A stretch of DNA of 64,000 nucleotides from Desulfitobacteriia bacterium (GTDB lineage: Bacteria > Bacillota > Desulfitobacteriia > Desulfitobacteriales > Syntrophobotulaceae), in assembly GCA_050943335.1 (NCBI GenBank), contig JBMNOZ010000004.1:30399-94398 (forward strand), in the 5' to 3' direction. Shown one piece after another: positions 25,982-37,020 of this stretch (its first letter is position 1; each line of letters starts with the position of its first letter). The notes beneath the pieces were generated by a model. That model was given only the letters and a program-made list of their open reading frames with translations. It was not told the DNA's origin and did no database searches. A program made the position numbers and the translations under genes.

Positions 25982-26518
25982 GTGGCCAAAATCTTAGATA
26001 AATTTATAGGCCTAATGGGATTCGGGGACGATGACACCGATGGTGATTATTCCTCGGAACAAATAAGAGATGAGTATTCTGAAAAAGGCGAAAAATCATT
26101 CCAGGTTCTTAATTCGGGCGATAGCAGTGTCCGAAACCCTAAATTTAAGGAATCATATGTTCGGGAGTCGGTTCGAGAAAGCTCTTCCAAACGGAAACAA
26201 GCACCGGTAGTAAGCATTCATACTCAAAAACAAGTGAGAGTTATGTTGGTGGAGCCTGTTTCTTTTGAAGAGGCTCAAGGAATTGCCGAACATTTAAAAG
26301 CCAGAAAATCCGTGATTCTAAATCTGGAAAGAACGGATCCTGACCTATCGCAAAGATTGGTGGATTTTGTCAGTGGGACAACCTATGCTTTAGGTGGAAA
26401 CATGCAGAAAGTTGGCAATGGAATATTCCTCTTTGTGCCGAACAATGTCGACATCAGTGGTGAATTTGCTTACCGAAACACGGAGCGGGATTTTACCTGG
26501 TCTAAAACTAATAAATAA
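25982..26518 (+). CDS. sepF: FtsZ-binding cell division protein SepF
   Basis: N-terminal amphipathic MAKILDKFIGLMGF, a disordered linker, and the SepF core VMLVEPVSFEEAQGIAEHLKARKSVILNLE. Confidence 0.92.
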   Translation: MAKILDKFIGLMGFGDDDTDGDYSSEQIRDEYSEKGEKSFQVLNSGDSSVRNPKFKESYVRESVRESSSKRKQAPVVSIHTQKQVRVMLVEPVSFEEAQGIAEHLKARKSVILNLERTDPDLSQRLVDFVSGTTYALGGNMQKVGNGIFLFVPNNVDISGEFAYRNTERDFTWSKTNK

Positions 26519-26586
26519 TACTTTTAACCTGTAATAGGGGGGTAATTATTATTGCTGTAGTTTCCTGGATTTTTAAAATCTTAAGC

Positions 26587-26847
26587 ATGGTAATCGTAAT
26601 CTTGCAATGGTCAATTGTTATCAGAGCTTTTCTATCTTGGTTCCCCCATTTAGGGCAAAATCCTGTCGTGAGGATTATTTATGAGCTTACTGAACCTTTG
26701 CTAAAACCTTTCCGGCGGCTTAGAATCGGCGGAGCAGGGGCAATGATGGACTTATCGCCGCTTTTGGCTTTACTATCACTAATTGTGATTAGATATTTAA
26801 TCATTGACCAATTGTATCACTTCCTAATGCGCCATATGGCTTTCTAG
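26587..26847 (+). CDS. yggT: YggT/YlmG-family membrane protein
   Basis: IRAFLSWFP...EPLLKPFRR..IGGAGAMMDLSPLLA. The frame is open from 26515, with in-frame ATT codons after AGGGGGG, so the true start may be a little upstream. Confidence 0.85.
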   Translation: MVIVILQWSIVIRAFLSWFPHLGQNPVVRIIYELTEPLLKPFRRLRIGGAGAMMDLSPLLALLSLIVIRYLIIDQLYHFLMRHMAF

Positions 26848-26989
26848 AATTACAGGTGTTAAAAGGGCAGGACAGTAAATGTGCTGCTTTTTTATTCTTC
26901 TTCTAAGAGAGACTTTTCTTTTTCGCTAAAGTTTTATATAATTGGAAAAGAAAAAAATATGGTCAAAATAATGATGAGGAGCATTCTTG

Positions 26990-27200
26990 TCGTAAACTTT
27001 TAAAGCGAGCAGGGTTGGTGGAAGCCTGTAAAGGGTCGAGAAGAAGAAATCACCTCGGAGTAGCTGGCTGAATATAGGAGTAAGCGGCTCGGTCGTTCCC
27101 GTTATCGAACAGAAAGGGGTTTGGCAATCCAGTTTTGCCAAGCAACAAAAGGTGGTACCGCGAGCAAACTCGTCCTTGGATTTCGGACGGGTTTTTTTAG
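26990..27200 (+). promoter_or_regulatory. T-box leader, isoleucine specifier (AUC), controlling ileS
   Basis: Specifier context GAA-ATC-A (ATC at 27049-27051); GGAGTAGC AG-bay-like box; T-box core AAAAGGTGGTACCGCGAG (27147-27164); terminator ACTCGTCC...GGACGGGT plus T7 (27168-27197). A TATAAT lies at 26937-26942. Confidence 0.9.
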
Positions 27201-27274
27201 GTTTCTTAGAAAAATGCTTACCGGTTACACTCGGTAGAAAATAGGTAATACTATTTAGTAGGAGGTAAAAAACA

Positions 27275-30043
27275 ATGGATTATCGTGATACTCTAAATTT
27301 GCCCCAGACCGATTTCCCTATGCGAGGTAATCTTCCCCGTAGGGAACCGGAAATCTTAGCTAAATGGGAACAGAACAAGATTTATAACAAGGTTCAAAAA
27401 GCCAGGGCGGGGCGCAAAAAGTTTGTTCTTCATGATGGCCCCCCTTATGCCAATGGGGATATTCATTTAGGCCATGCTTTAAATAAAATCCTTAAGGATA
27501 TTATTATCCGCTATAAAACCATGGCCGGGTATGATTCTCCCTATGTTCCCGGTTGGGATACTCATGGGCTGCCTATTGAACAGCAGGTTATTAAAAAATT
27601 AGGTCTAAATAGGCATGCAGTCTCGGTATTGGAATTCAGGCAAAGATGTAAGGCCTATGCTTTAGAATATGTAGAAATCCAAAAAGAACAGTTTAAACGC
27701 CTAGGGGTGCGGGGAGATTGGGAAAACCCGTATTTAACATTGACCAAGGAATATGAAGCAGCTCAGATCGGCGTTTTTGGGGAAATGGCCAAAAAAGGTT
27801 ATATCTATAAAGGGCTGAAACCGGTTTACTGGTGTCCTTCTTGTGAAACCGCTTTAGCGGAGGCGGAAGTGGATTATGCTGATAAAAGATCCCCGGCTAT
27901 TTTTGTAAAATTTCCGCTCCAAGATAGCAAAGGACTCTTTGCTAAGGAAAAGAGTTATGTTGTAATTTGGACTACTACTCCCTGGACAATTCCGGCCAAC
28001 TTGGCCATTGCTGTCCATCCCGAATTTGACTATGCTTTAGTAACTAAAGAAGATGAACATTTTCTGGTGGCTAAGGAAATGATCCCTTCCCTTAAGGAGT
28101 TATGGGATACAGAGTTGGTTGTAGAAAAGACATTTAAGGGCCGGGATCTTCAAGGAATTATCTGCAAACACCCTCTCTTCGATAGGGATTCAATTGTAAT
28201 CTGTGGTGAACATGTAACCCTAGAGCAGGGTACTGGCTGTGTTCATACCGCTCCCGGGCACGGGGTAGATGACTTCTTAATTTGTCAAGAGCACGGACTG
28301 CCGGTTTTATGTCCTGTAGACCATCAGGGCAAATTTACCGATGAAGTTCCTCCCTATGCCGGTTTGAAAGTCGAAAAAGCAAATGAAAATATTGTGAAAG
28401 ATTTAGAGGAAGGAGGGCTGTTAGTTCACGCTTCCAAGATTAAACACAGCTATCCCCATTGTTGGCGTTGCAAAAATCCGATTATTTTCCGGGCGACAAA
28501 ACAGTGGTTTGCTTCTATTGACGGTTTTTGTCAAGAAACCCTGGCCGAAATTGAAAAAGTAGAATGGATACCTTCCTGGGGTCGGGATAGAATTTATAAT
28601 ATGATCGCGGAACGTGGGGACTGGTGTATTTCTAGGCAAAGAACCTGGGGAGTGCCGATACCGATTTTTTATTGTGAAGAATGCGGAAAAGAAATTATTA
28701 CTGATGCCACTATCAAAAGAGTCCAGGAAATTTTCCTTCAAGAGGGTTCGGATGCTTGGTTTGCCCGCTCTGCTGCGGAGCTTCTCCCGGAGGACTTTAA
28801 ATGTGATTGTGGGGGCCAAAATTTCAGTAAAGAAAACGATACCATGGATGTGTGGTTTGACTCTGGAACAAGCCATGTGGGCGTCCTAAAGAGTAGAGAG
28901 GAGCTTTGCTGGCCGGCTGATCTTTATCTTGAAGGTTCGGACCAGCATAGAGGATGGTTCAATTCTTCCCTTTCTACTTCTGTAGCCGCCTTTGGCAAAG
29001 CACCTTATAAAGGGGTTTTAACCCATGGTTTTCTAGTCGATGAAAAGGGCCGAAAAATGTCCAAGTCCCTCGGTAACGGTGTTGACCCCTTGCAGGTTGT
29101 AAGGGATATGGGAGCAGATATCTTAAGACTTTGGGTCTCCTCTGCTGATTACCGAAATGATGTTGCTGCTTCCCCGCGAATAATGAGGCAAATGAGTGAA
29201 GCCTATCGGAAAATAAGAAATACTTTGCGTTTTATGCTCGGGAATCTTTATGATTTTGAGCCTGAGACTCATGCTGTCTCCTACTCGGAGCTTAAAGAAA
29301 TAGACCGTTTTATTCTTCACAAACTAACTAAAGTTGTGGAACGGGTGCTCAAGGCTTACAAAGACTATGAATTCCATGTGGTTTATCACACTGTTCATAA
29401 CTTTTGTACAGTAGAGTTAAGCGCCATCTATCTGGATATTGTTAAAGATCGGCTTTATGTTGAAGGTCAAGATTCTTTGACCAGGCGTAGTGCTCAAACT
29501 GTCATGTATGAGACCCTTAAAGCCCTTGTTCTCCTCCTAGCCCCAATTCTGGTTTTCACTGCTGATGAGATCTGGCCCTATTTGCCCGGGCATAATGAGG
29601 ACTCCGAAATCCAGATTGAGGAGATGCCAGAGATAAACCCGGCCTGGCTGGATGAAGCCTTGGCAGAAAAATGGGCTAAAATTCTAGATCTCCGCTATGA
29701 TATTACCAAGGCTTTAGAAATAGCCCGTCAGGAAAAAACCATAAATCACTCCCTAACTGCCCAGGTAGACCTTTACCCAGAAGATGAAGCGGGTTATAGA
29801 TTTTTGAATGAAATTGACAATTTAGCGGAAATCGTCATAGTTTCGAAATTAGTAGTTCATCCCCCGACAGAAAAGGCGTCGGAAAAGGCTCAAGAAGGGG
29901 AGTATTTTAAAGGGTTGCATATTGTTGTCTCTCCTGCGAAAGGGGAAAAATGTGAAAGATGCTGGATGTATAACGAACAAGTGGGGGCTGATCCGGAACA
30001 CCCTGCAATTTGCCCTCGTTGTTTAGATGTCATAAAAGGGTAG
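27275..30043 (+). CDS. ileS: Isoleucyl-tRNA synthetase
   Basis: HLGH ([12 protein letters not shown]), KMSKS, the CP1 editing domain, and a C-terminal CERC...CPRC zinc finger. Confidence 0.98.
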   Translation: MDYRDTLNLPQTDFPMRGNLPRREPEILAKWEQNKIYNKVQKARAGRKKFVLHDGPPYANGDIHLGHALNKILKDIIIRYKTMAGYDSPYVPGWDTHGLPIEQQVIKKLGLNRHAVSVLEFRQRCKAYALEYVEIQKEQFKRLGVRGDWENPYLTLTKEYEAAQIGVFGEMAKKGYIYKGLKPVYWCPSCETALAEAEVDYADKRSPAIFVKFPLQDSKGLFAKEKSYVVIWTTTPWTIPANLAIAVHPEFDYALVTKEDEHFLVAKEMIPSLKELWDTELVVEKTFKGRDLQGIICKHPLFDRDSIVICGEHVTLEQGTGCVHTAPGHGVDDFLICQEHGLPVLCPVDHQGKFTDEVPPYAGLKVEKANENIVKDLEEGGLLVHASKIKHSYPHCWRCKNPIIFRATKQWFASIDGFCQETLAEIEKVEWIPSWGRDRIYNMIAERGDWCISRQRTWGVPIPIFYCEECGKEIITDATIKRVQEIFLQEGSDAWFARSAAELLPEDFKCDCGGQNFSKENDTMDVWFDSGTSHVGVLKSREELCWPADLYLEGSDQHRGWFNSSLSTSVAAFGKAPYKGVLTHGFLVDEKGRKMSKSLGNGVDPLQVVRDMGADILRLWVSSADYRNDVAASPRIMRQMSEAYRKIRNTLRFMLGNLYDFEPETHAVSYSELKEIDRFILHKLTKVVERVLKAYKDYEFHVVYHTVHNFCTVELSAIYLDIVKDRLYVEGQDSLTRRSAQTVMYETLKALVLLLAPILVFTADEIWPYLPGHNEDSEIQIEEMPEINPAWLDEALAEKWAKILDLRYDITKALEIARQEKTINHSLTAQVDLYPEDEAGYRFLNEIDNLAEIVIVSKLVVHPPTEKASEKAQEGEYFKGLHIVVSPAKGEKCERCWMYNEQVGADPEHPAICPRCLDVIKG

Positions 30044-30050
30044 AAAAAAG

Positions 30051-30088
30051 CGAAATATCTCGTTTAAGACGCGAGATATTTCGTTTCT
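30051..30088 (+). terminator. Perfect 12-bp hairpin between ileS and lspA (terminator/attenuator)
   Basis: CGAAATATCTCG (30051-30062) pairs with CGAGATATTTCG (30072-30083), followed by TTTCT. Confidence 0.55.
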
Positions 30089-30108
30089 CAAGAGGGGAGG
30101 TGGGTAAC

Positions 30109-30552
30109 TTGCCTCTGTGGCTAACCCTAATACTGGTATTAGTTCTGGATCGGATAAGCAAATTATTGGTTGTCAGCAAAATATCCTTAGGAGAGAGTAT
30201 ACCTGTTATCCCTGATTTTTTTCATCTGACCTATATTTTAAATCCCGGAGCAGCCTTCGGGATCTTAGCCGGTCAGAAATGGTTTTTTGTAGTTATCTCC
30301 TTCTTGTTCTTAGGAGCGGTAATTTATTTTAATAGAAAAATACCAAGGGAGCATAAACTTATGAAAATTGCCCTGGGTCTAGTCTGTGGGGGAACCTTGG
30401 GCAATCTCTTGGACAGATTGTTTATCGGGCAGGTAATAGATTTTTTAGATTTTAAAGTTTGGTCTTATATTTTCAATATTGCTGACAGCGCTCTAGTTAT
30501 CGGCGGTCTGGCCTTAGCTATCCTTGTTTACCGCTGGGACAAAAACAAGTGA
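30109..30552 (+). CDS. lspA: Lipoprotein signal peptidase II
   Basis: LNPGAAFG, NLLDR and FNIADS motifs. TTG 30109 sits 6 nt after GGGGAGGTG. The ORF-track extension from 30010 overlaps ileS and the hairpin. Confidence 0.9.
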   Translation: MPLWLTLILVLVLDRISKLLVVSKISLGESIPVIPDFFHLTYILNPGAAFGILAGQKWFFVVISFLFLGAVIYFNRKIPREHKLMKIALGLVCGGTLGNLLDRLFIGQVIDFLDFKVWSYIFNIADSALVIGGLALAILVYRWDKNK

Positions 30553-30718
30553 TGTTTTACTTCTTACGGCGACGCAGAGAGGGGTTCTAATTATTTTTCT
30601 GTTTTACTCTCCGGTCGCAGTGTTTTTTGTTAAAATAAAAGGTAGCTTTACTCTACCTTAAAAATAGAGCGAAGCCCTGGTGCTTCGCCTGGTAAAGATA
30701 ATATGGAAAGGTTAAGAA

Positions 30719-31678
30719 ATGATAGATCCAAAAACAAACCAGGAAATTGAATATGAAGAATGGCAAAAAATAGATTTACCTGCTGGTTTGAGGCTTGATT
30801 TGGCTCTAGGGGAGAAGATCGAGGAAAGCAGAAATTATATCCAAACCCTGATTGCCGAAGAACGAGTTTTGGTTAATGGGCAATTAAAAAAAGCCAGCTA
30901 CAGGGTGCGAGAGGAAGATTGTATAGAGATCAATCTTCCGGAACCTAAAGCTTTAAAAATTGAACCGGAAGATATCCCCTTGGATATCGTTTATGAAGAT
31001 CGCGATTTACTACTTGTAAACAAGCCCCAGGGTATGGTTGTCCATCCTGCTCCCGGGTCTTTAAGGGGTACCTTAGTCAATGCCTTACTCCACCATTCCC
31101 CTCACCTTTCTAGGATTAATGGAGACATTCGCCCTGGAATTGTACATCGAATTGATAAGGATACTTCGGGTTTGCTCCTGGTAGCGAAAAACGATGAGAC
31201 TCACCTCAAACTTACGGAGCAGTTTAAAGAACAGAAAGTAAAACGGAGCTATAGGGCAATTATTCACGGTGTACTTTCGGAACCGTCGGGGACAATTAAA
31301 GCCCCGATCGGCAGAGATCCCAAAGATCGTAAAAAAATGGCGGTAGTGTTTAAAAACGGAAAAGAAGCCATTACTCATTATTATATTCTGAAACGTTATC
31401 CACGCTTTACAGAAATAAAAGCAGTCCTTGAGACCGGAAGAACCCATCAAATCCGAGTACATATGGCCTATATCAAACACCCGTTGCTTGGGGATCCTCT
31501 TTATGGCCCCCGAAAGAACTTATTTAATCTTAAAGGCCAGGTTTTGCATGCCCAAACCCTGGCCTTTAAGCACCCCCGAACCGGGGAGGAGATGGAGTTT
31601 TCTACGGAAGTTCCTTCTTGGTATTCGGAGGTAATTGCGAAAATCGAGAAAGCAGGTTTAAATCCTGATTATACTTAG
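30719..31678 (+). CDS. rluD: 23S rRNA pseudouridine synthase RluD family
   Basis: S4-like N-terminus, HRIDKDTSGLLLVAK catalytic Asp motif, and TGRTHQIRVH. Confidence 0.93.
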   Translation: MIDPKTNQEIEYEEWQKIDLPAGLRLDLALGEKIEESRNYIQTLIAEERVLVNGQLKKASYRVREEDCIEINLPEPKALKIEPEDIPLDIVYEDRDLLLVNKPQGMVVHPAPGSLRGTLVNALLHHSPHLSRINGDIRPGIVHRIDKDTSGLLLVAKNDETHLKLTEQFKEQKVKRSYRAIIHGVLSEPSGTIKAPIGRDPKDRKKMAVVFKNGKEAITHYYILKRYPRFTEIKAVLETGRTHQIRVHMAYIKHPLLGDPLYGPRKNLFNLKGQVLHAQTLAFKHPRTGEEMEFSTEVPSWYSEVIAKIEKAGLNPDYT

Positions 31679-33648
31679 AGACGGAAAATGGAGACCGCGT
31701 TTTGTAGATCTTGCGCTAGTTGAGCCAACACTTGGCTCGAGGAGGCGATTTCCTCCATGACAGCCAACTGTTCTTCCGCGGCCGCGGAAACAACTTGAGC
31801 CTCATCAGCTGATTTGCGGCTTAAGTTGTCGATCTCATTTATGGATTTCACAACGTCTCCGCTCCTGACAGCCATTGTTTGGATTGCCGAAGAAATTTCC
31901 GTAATTTGGTCCGAAATTTCAGATACTAAAGCTGCAATTTCTCGGAAAGTTTCACCGGCAGTAATAACAACTTGAGCGCCTTCTTTTACTTCCCTAGTAC
32001 CATGTTCCATAGCGTTGACCGCACTCTCGGTATCTATTTGAATAGCGTTGATCAGTTCGGCGATTTTTCCGGCTGAGTCTTGGGCTTGCTCGGCTAATTT
32101 AAGAACTTCGTCTGCAACCACGGCAAAACCCTTGCCTTGTTCACCTGCTTGCGCTGCTTCGATGGCGGCATTAAAGGCTAAAAGATTGGTTTGAGCGGCG
32201 ATATCGGAGATAGTTTCCACAATAACTCCAATCTCTTGGGAACGTTCTCCCAACTTGGTTACCACTCCAGCCGAAGCGAGGACCGTTTCTTCGATTCTGG
32301 TGATTTGTTTTTCCGCATTTTCGGCTACTTTATCCCCCTCGCGGGCCTTTAGAGCCGCCAAATGGGTATGTTCGGTTACTTTTTGGGTATTTTCAGCTAT
32401 TTGAGTCATATTTGCGGCCATATTTTTTATTAACTCTGCGGTCTCATGAGCGGCTTTTAATTGTCCCTCAGCTCCGACAGCAATAGCGCTAATTGAAGAG
32501 GCAGTGTGATTGGCGGCTTGGGTAGCTTGGTCCGCGCTGGCTGTAAGCTCTTCGGAAGCGCTGGAAACCTTTTCCGTGGCTTCCTGGACCTTTCGGATCA
32601 GAGAGAAGAGATTCTCAGCCATTTTGCTGACACTCGTACCTAGGCGCCCGAGTTCATCCCTGGAGATAATATTCAACTTGATTTGGGACATATCTCCGCT
32701 GGCCAGGCGATCCACTGCACCCTCTAAGAATTTAATAGGTTTTGTTATCCTTCTTGCGAAATACACTACAAATAAAGAAGCTAAAACTAGGATAACTAAA
32801 GTTATGGCTAGGGTGATATATAAAAGGGCGGCGACTTCCTTCGTCGTTTCTGCTTTGGGAACGTTGACAGCCACCGACCATTTAGTACCGGCAATAGGGG
32901 CGTAGGCGACATATTTATCGATCCCGTGAATAGTGTAATCACCAAGTCCGCACTGTCCCAGGGTCATTTGCTTGGTAATGTTTTGCAAGGAGGGCGGTAT
33001 ATTTTCATCCGTTAAGAGATTCTGCTGTCCGGCAATTTCTTGATCGGGGTGAACAATAACTAATCCATCATCTTGGATCACATAGGCAAAACCGGTTTCT
33101 GCGACTTTAAGGTTTAAAATTTGCTCGGTTATGCTTTCGATACTGACCGGTCCAAAGAGAATACCCACTACTTGGTCTTCATTTTTAATAGGCACGGCGA
33201 CAATAGAAACTAAATTTCCGGTACTTCTGGAAACTAGCGGGTTGGAGATGTAGGTCTGTCCTTCTAAAACTGGGGCAAAATACTCCCGGTCGGAGATATT
33301 GACCACTGTTCCATGGGGATCCCAAGACATTCCGCTAGGATTGGCGTAGACAAGGGAATCGTATATGTCATTGGTTTTAAGGGCAGAAGTTAGAATAGGG
33401 ATTATCTCTTCAGGGTCACCTTTGACAATTGTTGGATTGCTGGCCAACATTTTTAATTCCATCTGCCGGGTCTCAAACCATTCGGTAACGCCTGCGGCTG
33501 TTTTTTCGCTTTCGGCGATAAGGGTTTGTTGAATATTGTCAATCATTATACTTCTGGCCTTCCAATAATTAAGTCCTCCGAGGGCACTCATGGATAGCAA
33601 AAAGATAGCGACGATTGGTATTATTAACTTCATTCTGATACTTTTCAT
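31675..33648 (-). CDS. Methyl-accepting chemotaxis protein, dCache-type sensor, HAMP, MA domain
   Basis: Two TM flank a ~260-aa periplasmic region. HAMP (RRITKPIKFLEGAVDRLASGD). Signalling hairpin QTNLLAFNAAIEAAQAGEQGKGFAVVADEV. Confidence 0.92.
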   Translation of the reverse strand: MKSIRMKLIIPIVAIFLLSMSALGGLNYWKARSIMIDNIQQTLIAESEKTAAGVTEWFETRQMELKMLASNPTIVKGDPEEIIPILTSALKTNDIYDSLVYANPSGMSWDPHGTVVNISDREYFAPVLEGQTYISNPLVSRSTGNLVSIVAVPIKNEDQVVGILFGPVSIESITEQILNLKVAETGFAYVIQDDGLVIVHPDQEIAGQQNLLTDENIPPSLQNITKQMTLGQCGLGDYTIHGIDKYVAYAPIAGTKWSVAVNVPKAETTKEVAALLYITLAITLVILVLASLFVVYFARRITKPIKFLEGAVDRLASGDMSQIKLNIISRDELGRLGTSVSKMAENLFSLIRKVQEATEKVSSASEELTASADQATQAANHTASSISAIAVGAEGQLKAAHETAELIKNMAANMTQIAENTQKVTEHTHLAALKAREGDKVAENAEKQITRIEETVLASAGVVTKLGERSQEIGVIVETISDIAAQTNLLAFNAAIEAAQAGEQGKGFAVVADEVLKLAEQAQDSAGKIAELINAIQIDTESAVNAMEHGTREVKEGAQVVITAGETFREIAALVSEISDQITEISSAIQTMAVRSGDVVKSINEIDNLSRKSADEAQVVSAAAEEQLAVMEEIASSSQVLAQLAQDLQNAVSIFRL

Positions 33649-33849
33649 AAAAAAGGCCTCCTGGAAAATATAGTTTTTAGACTTATTTTGACTATATTAG
33701 ACAAATTTACCGAAATACCTTCAACAAACTTTCGAATAAACCCCTACCGAAGTGAGAAAACAAAAACGGCCTTTAAACTCTTGCTATTTGAAGTACAAGG
33801 GTAGTTTATTTTCTCTAAATCGGCTGTTGGAAAAAATTATTAGCGAAGA

Positions 33850-33878
33850 TTGACTTTTTCTTTTCTATATACTAGACT
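33850..33878 (+). promoter_or_regulatory. Sigma-A type promoter of the pyr operon
   Basis: TTGACT (33850-33855), 17 nt spacer, TAGACT (33873-33878). Confidence 0.5.
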
Positions 33879-33899
33879 TATCCTAGTAAAAAGAAGGAA

Positions 33900-33992
33900 A
33901 ACCTTTAAAATTTGTCCCGTGAGACAGGCAAGGTTAAAATAAGGCTTTTTTACAGACATTTAAGCTGCCTGCTTTTTGCCGGCAGCTTTTAA
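33900..33992 (+). promoter_or_regulatory. PyrR-binding anti-antiterminator loop plus terminator (pyr attenuator 1)
   Basis: CCTTTAAAATTTGTCCCGTGAGACAGGCAAGG (33902-33933), followed by terminator AAGCTGCC...GGCAGCTT plus TTT (33962-33990). Confidence 0.8.
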
Positions 33993-34586
<594 letters not shown>

Positions 34587-34613
34587 GATTTTTCGTATAC
34601 CCAGCAGTCATTT

Positions 34614-34702
34614 AGACCCTTTAAAAGCTTATCCTGTGAGATAGCCAAGGGTGAGAAGAGTTGTTAACAATTCCTCCTACCCTGAAAGCGGAGGAATTTT
34701 TG
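34614..34702 (+). promoter_or_regulatory. Second PyrR-binding loop plus terminator (pyr attenuator 2, before pyrB)
   Basis: CCTTTAAAAGCTTATCCTGTGAGATAGCCAAGG (34618-34650), then TTCCTCC...GGAGGAA plus TTTTT (34670-34701). Confidence 0.8.
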
Positions 34703-34732
34703 GTTTATAAATGATGGAAGGGGGAGGTCTGC

Positions 34733-35671
34733 ATGCGGTGGAAGCATAAAGACCTACTGGATTTAGAAAACATTAATGCTCAAGAAATAGAATACATTTT
34801 GCAGACGGCCGTTCCCATGAAAGAGGTACTGAGCCGTCCGATAAAAAAGCTTCCTACCCTACGGGGTAAAAACGTCGCCTTAATGTTTTATGAACCCAGT
34901 ACCAGAACTAAGACATCTTTTGAAACGGCAGCCAAAATCCTCGGAGCGGATATAACTAATTTTTCGGTAACGCAGAGCAGTGTCCGAAAAGGGGAAAGTC
35001 TTTTGGATACGGCGAAAACCTTGCAAGCTATGAATGTGGACTTGGTAGTTATACGTCATGCTTGCTCCGGGGCCTCTCAGTTTTTGGCCAAACAATTATC
35101 AGCAGCAGTTATTAATGGCGGAGATGGGCAACATGCCCATCCAACTCAAGCTCTCCTCGACTATTTTACAATTAAAGAACGGCTGGGGAGTTTTGAGGGC
35201 AAGAAAGTACTTATAGTCGGTGATATTTTGCATTCCCGGGTAGCAAGGAGTAATGTTTTAGGCTTAAAAAAATTAGGTGCCGAGGTAGTTTTAGTAGGGC
35301 CGCCAACTTTGCTTCCAACGGAAATGAAATACTTGGGGGTTAAAACCGCCTATGATCTGGATCGTGAACTGCCGGGGGCCGATGTAGTCATGGCTTTACG
35401 TCTCCAGTTGGAAAGACAGAAAAAAGGGCTCCTCCCTTCAATTCGGGAATATAATAAGCTCTACGGATTGACGACAGAGAGAATGAAAAAAACCGGGAAA
35501 GAGACAATTATCCTACACCCGGGGCCTTTAAATAGGGGAGTTGAAATCTCTAGTGATTTGGCTGATAGCCTTCAGTCGGCAATAGAAGAACAGGTCACCA
35601 ATGGAGTGGCGGTAAGAATGGCTCTTATTTATCTTTTGATCGGAGGTGGCACTGGACATGCTATGGCTTAA
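34733..35671 (+). CDS. pyrB: Aspartate carbamoyltransferase catalytic subunit
   Basis: EPSTRTKTSFE, HPTQALLD, HPGPLNRG. Confidence 0.96.
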   Translation: MRWKHKDLLDLENINAQEIEYILQTAVPMKEVLSRPIKKLPTLRGKNVALMFYEPSTRTKTSFETAAKILGADITNFSVTQSSVRKGESLLDTAKTLQAMNVDLVVIRHACSGASQFLAKQLSAAVINGGDGQHAHPTQALLDYFTIKERLGSFEGKKVLIVGDILHSRVARSNVLGLKKLGAEVVLVGPPTLLPTEMKYLGVKTAYDLDRELPGADVVMALRLQLERQKKGLLPSIREYNKLYGLTTERMKKTGKETIILHPGPLNRGVEISSDLADSLQSAIEEQVTNGVAVRMALIYLLIGGGTGHAMA

Positions 35672-36983
35672 AAATGTAAATTTAGTTGATCCGGGCCAGA
35701 ATATTGCAGGTTTAAAAGACCTGATAGCCAAGGATGGAAAAATAGTAAAGATAAGTGCCCCCTTAAAGGAAGAAGAGGTCCGGGAGATTTTAGAGGTAGA
35801 GGATTTACGAAAAGTAGACCAGGTGGAGGGAAATGGCAAATACCTTTTTCCTGGTTTTGTGGATGCCCATGTTCATTTGCGGGAACCGGGGCAGGAAGAT
35901 AGAGAAGATATTTTAAGCGGATCCAAAGCGGCGGTAAGAGGGGGGTTCACTTCCATATTAGCGATGGCTAATACCGAGCCTATTGTCGATACCAGAGCCT
36001 TAGTGGAGTTTGTGTCTCTGCAGGGGCAGAGGGCTGGGAAAGCCAGAGTTTACCCTGTAGGGGCAGTGACTAAGTCTTTTGGTGGTCAAGAACTGGTAGA
36101 AATGGTCGATCTTAAGGCCGGCGGGGCAGTGGCCTTTTCCGACGATGGTCGAGGAATTCAAAACTCGGAGATAATGCGCCTGGCTTTAGAGTATGCCAAG
36201 CTTACTGAGTGCCCGATTATTAGCCATTGCGAAGATGAAAAATTGGCTGCCCAAGGGGTAATGCGTAAAGGAGAAGCTAGTGCGAGATTAGGACTGAACG
36301 GGATCCCCGCTTGTGCTGAGAGTGTGATGGTGGCTCGGGATGTACTTTTGGCCGGGGAAACAGGGGGTAAAATCCATATAGCTCATGTTTCAACAAAGGA
36401 AAGCGTTTGGATTATAAAAAAAGCAAAAAGCCTGGGAATTGATGTAAGTGCAGAGGTAAATCCTCATCATTTACTTTTTACAGATGAGGATGTTCAAGCA
36501 ACAAACACCAACTTTAAAGTTAATCCCCCCCTGCCTTCCAGGGAGGACCAGGAGGCCTTGTTGGAAGGTTTAATAGAAGGAACAATCGATATGATAGCTA
36601 CAGATCACGCTCCCCATACTTGGGAAGACAAAGCCAGACCCTTTGGGGAAGCCCCTTTTGGCATTAATGCCTTAGAGGTGGCTCTAGCCGCTGTTTGGCA
36701 GGAACTGGTGCAAAACAAGAAATTCTCGGTAGAAAAATTAGTTGAAATCTGGGCTTTAAACCCGGCAAAGCGGTTCGGACTCCCCGGGGGGACTTTAAAA
36801 GAAGGGCTCCCTGCAGATTTAGTTTTGTTTGATCCGGATTATAAAGAAGTGATTACCGGGGCGACTTTGGAATCCAAATCTCAAAACACTCTTTTCCTCG
36901 ATCGGGAGCTGCAAGGGTTTCCTATCCGGACCTGGGTAGGGGGGAAATTAGTGATGAAGGATAGAAAGGTTATAGACGACTAA
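35658..36983 (+). CDS. pyrC: Dihydroorotase
   Basis: FVDAHVHLREPG, ATDHAPH. ATG 35658 sits 9 nt after GGAGGTG and overlaps the pyrB 3' end. Confidence 0.95.
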   Translation: MLWLKNVNLVDPGQNIAGLKDLIAKDGKIVKISAPLKEEEVREILEVEDLRKVDQVEGNGKYLFPGFVDAHVHLREPGQEDREDILSGSKAAVRGGFTSILAMANTEPIVDTRALVEFVSLQGQRAGKARVYPVGAVTKSFGGQELVEMVDLKAGGAVAFSDDGRGIQNSEIMRLALEYAKLTECPIISHCEDEKLAAQGVMRKGEASARLGLNGIPACAESVMVARDVLLAGETGGKIHIAHVSTKESVWIIKKAKSLGIDVSAEVNPHHLLFTDEDVQATNTNFKVNPPLPSREDQEALLEGLIEGTIDMIATDHAPHTWEDKARPFGEAPFGINALEVALAAVWQELVQNKKFSVEKLVEIWALNPAKRFGLPGGTLKEGLPADLVLFDPDYKEVITGATLESKSQNTLFLDRELQGFPIRTWVGGKLVMKDRKVIDD

Positions 36984-37020
36984 TTCTAGGGTAGGAAATA
37001 AATTTCGGGTCAGGATTAAG

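Noticed and set aside
26926-27141. 71-aa minus-strand ORF in the yggT-ileS gap
   Set aside because: It overlaps the Ile T-box leader (specifier loop and Stem I). The region is explained by the riboswitch-like RNA.
28421-28889. 151-aa (minus) and 91-aa (plus, other frame) ORFs inside ileS
   Set aside because: Both lie fully within ileS, whose frame carries the HIGH and KMSKS class-I synthetase motifs. Neither has an SD.
30010-30108. N-terminal 33-codon extension of the lspA ORF
   Set aside because: The extension overlaps the ileS 3' end and runs through the 12-bp terminator hairpin. A good SD (GGGGAGGTG) precedes TTG 30109, and the mature protein starts with the expected first TM helix.
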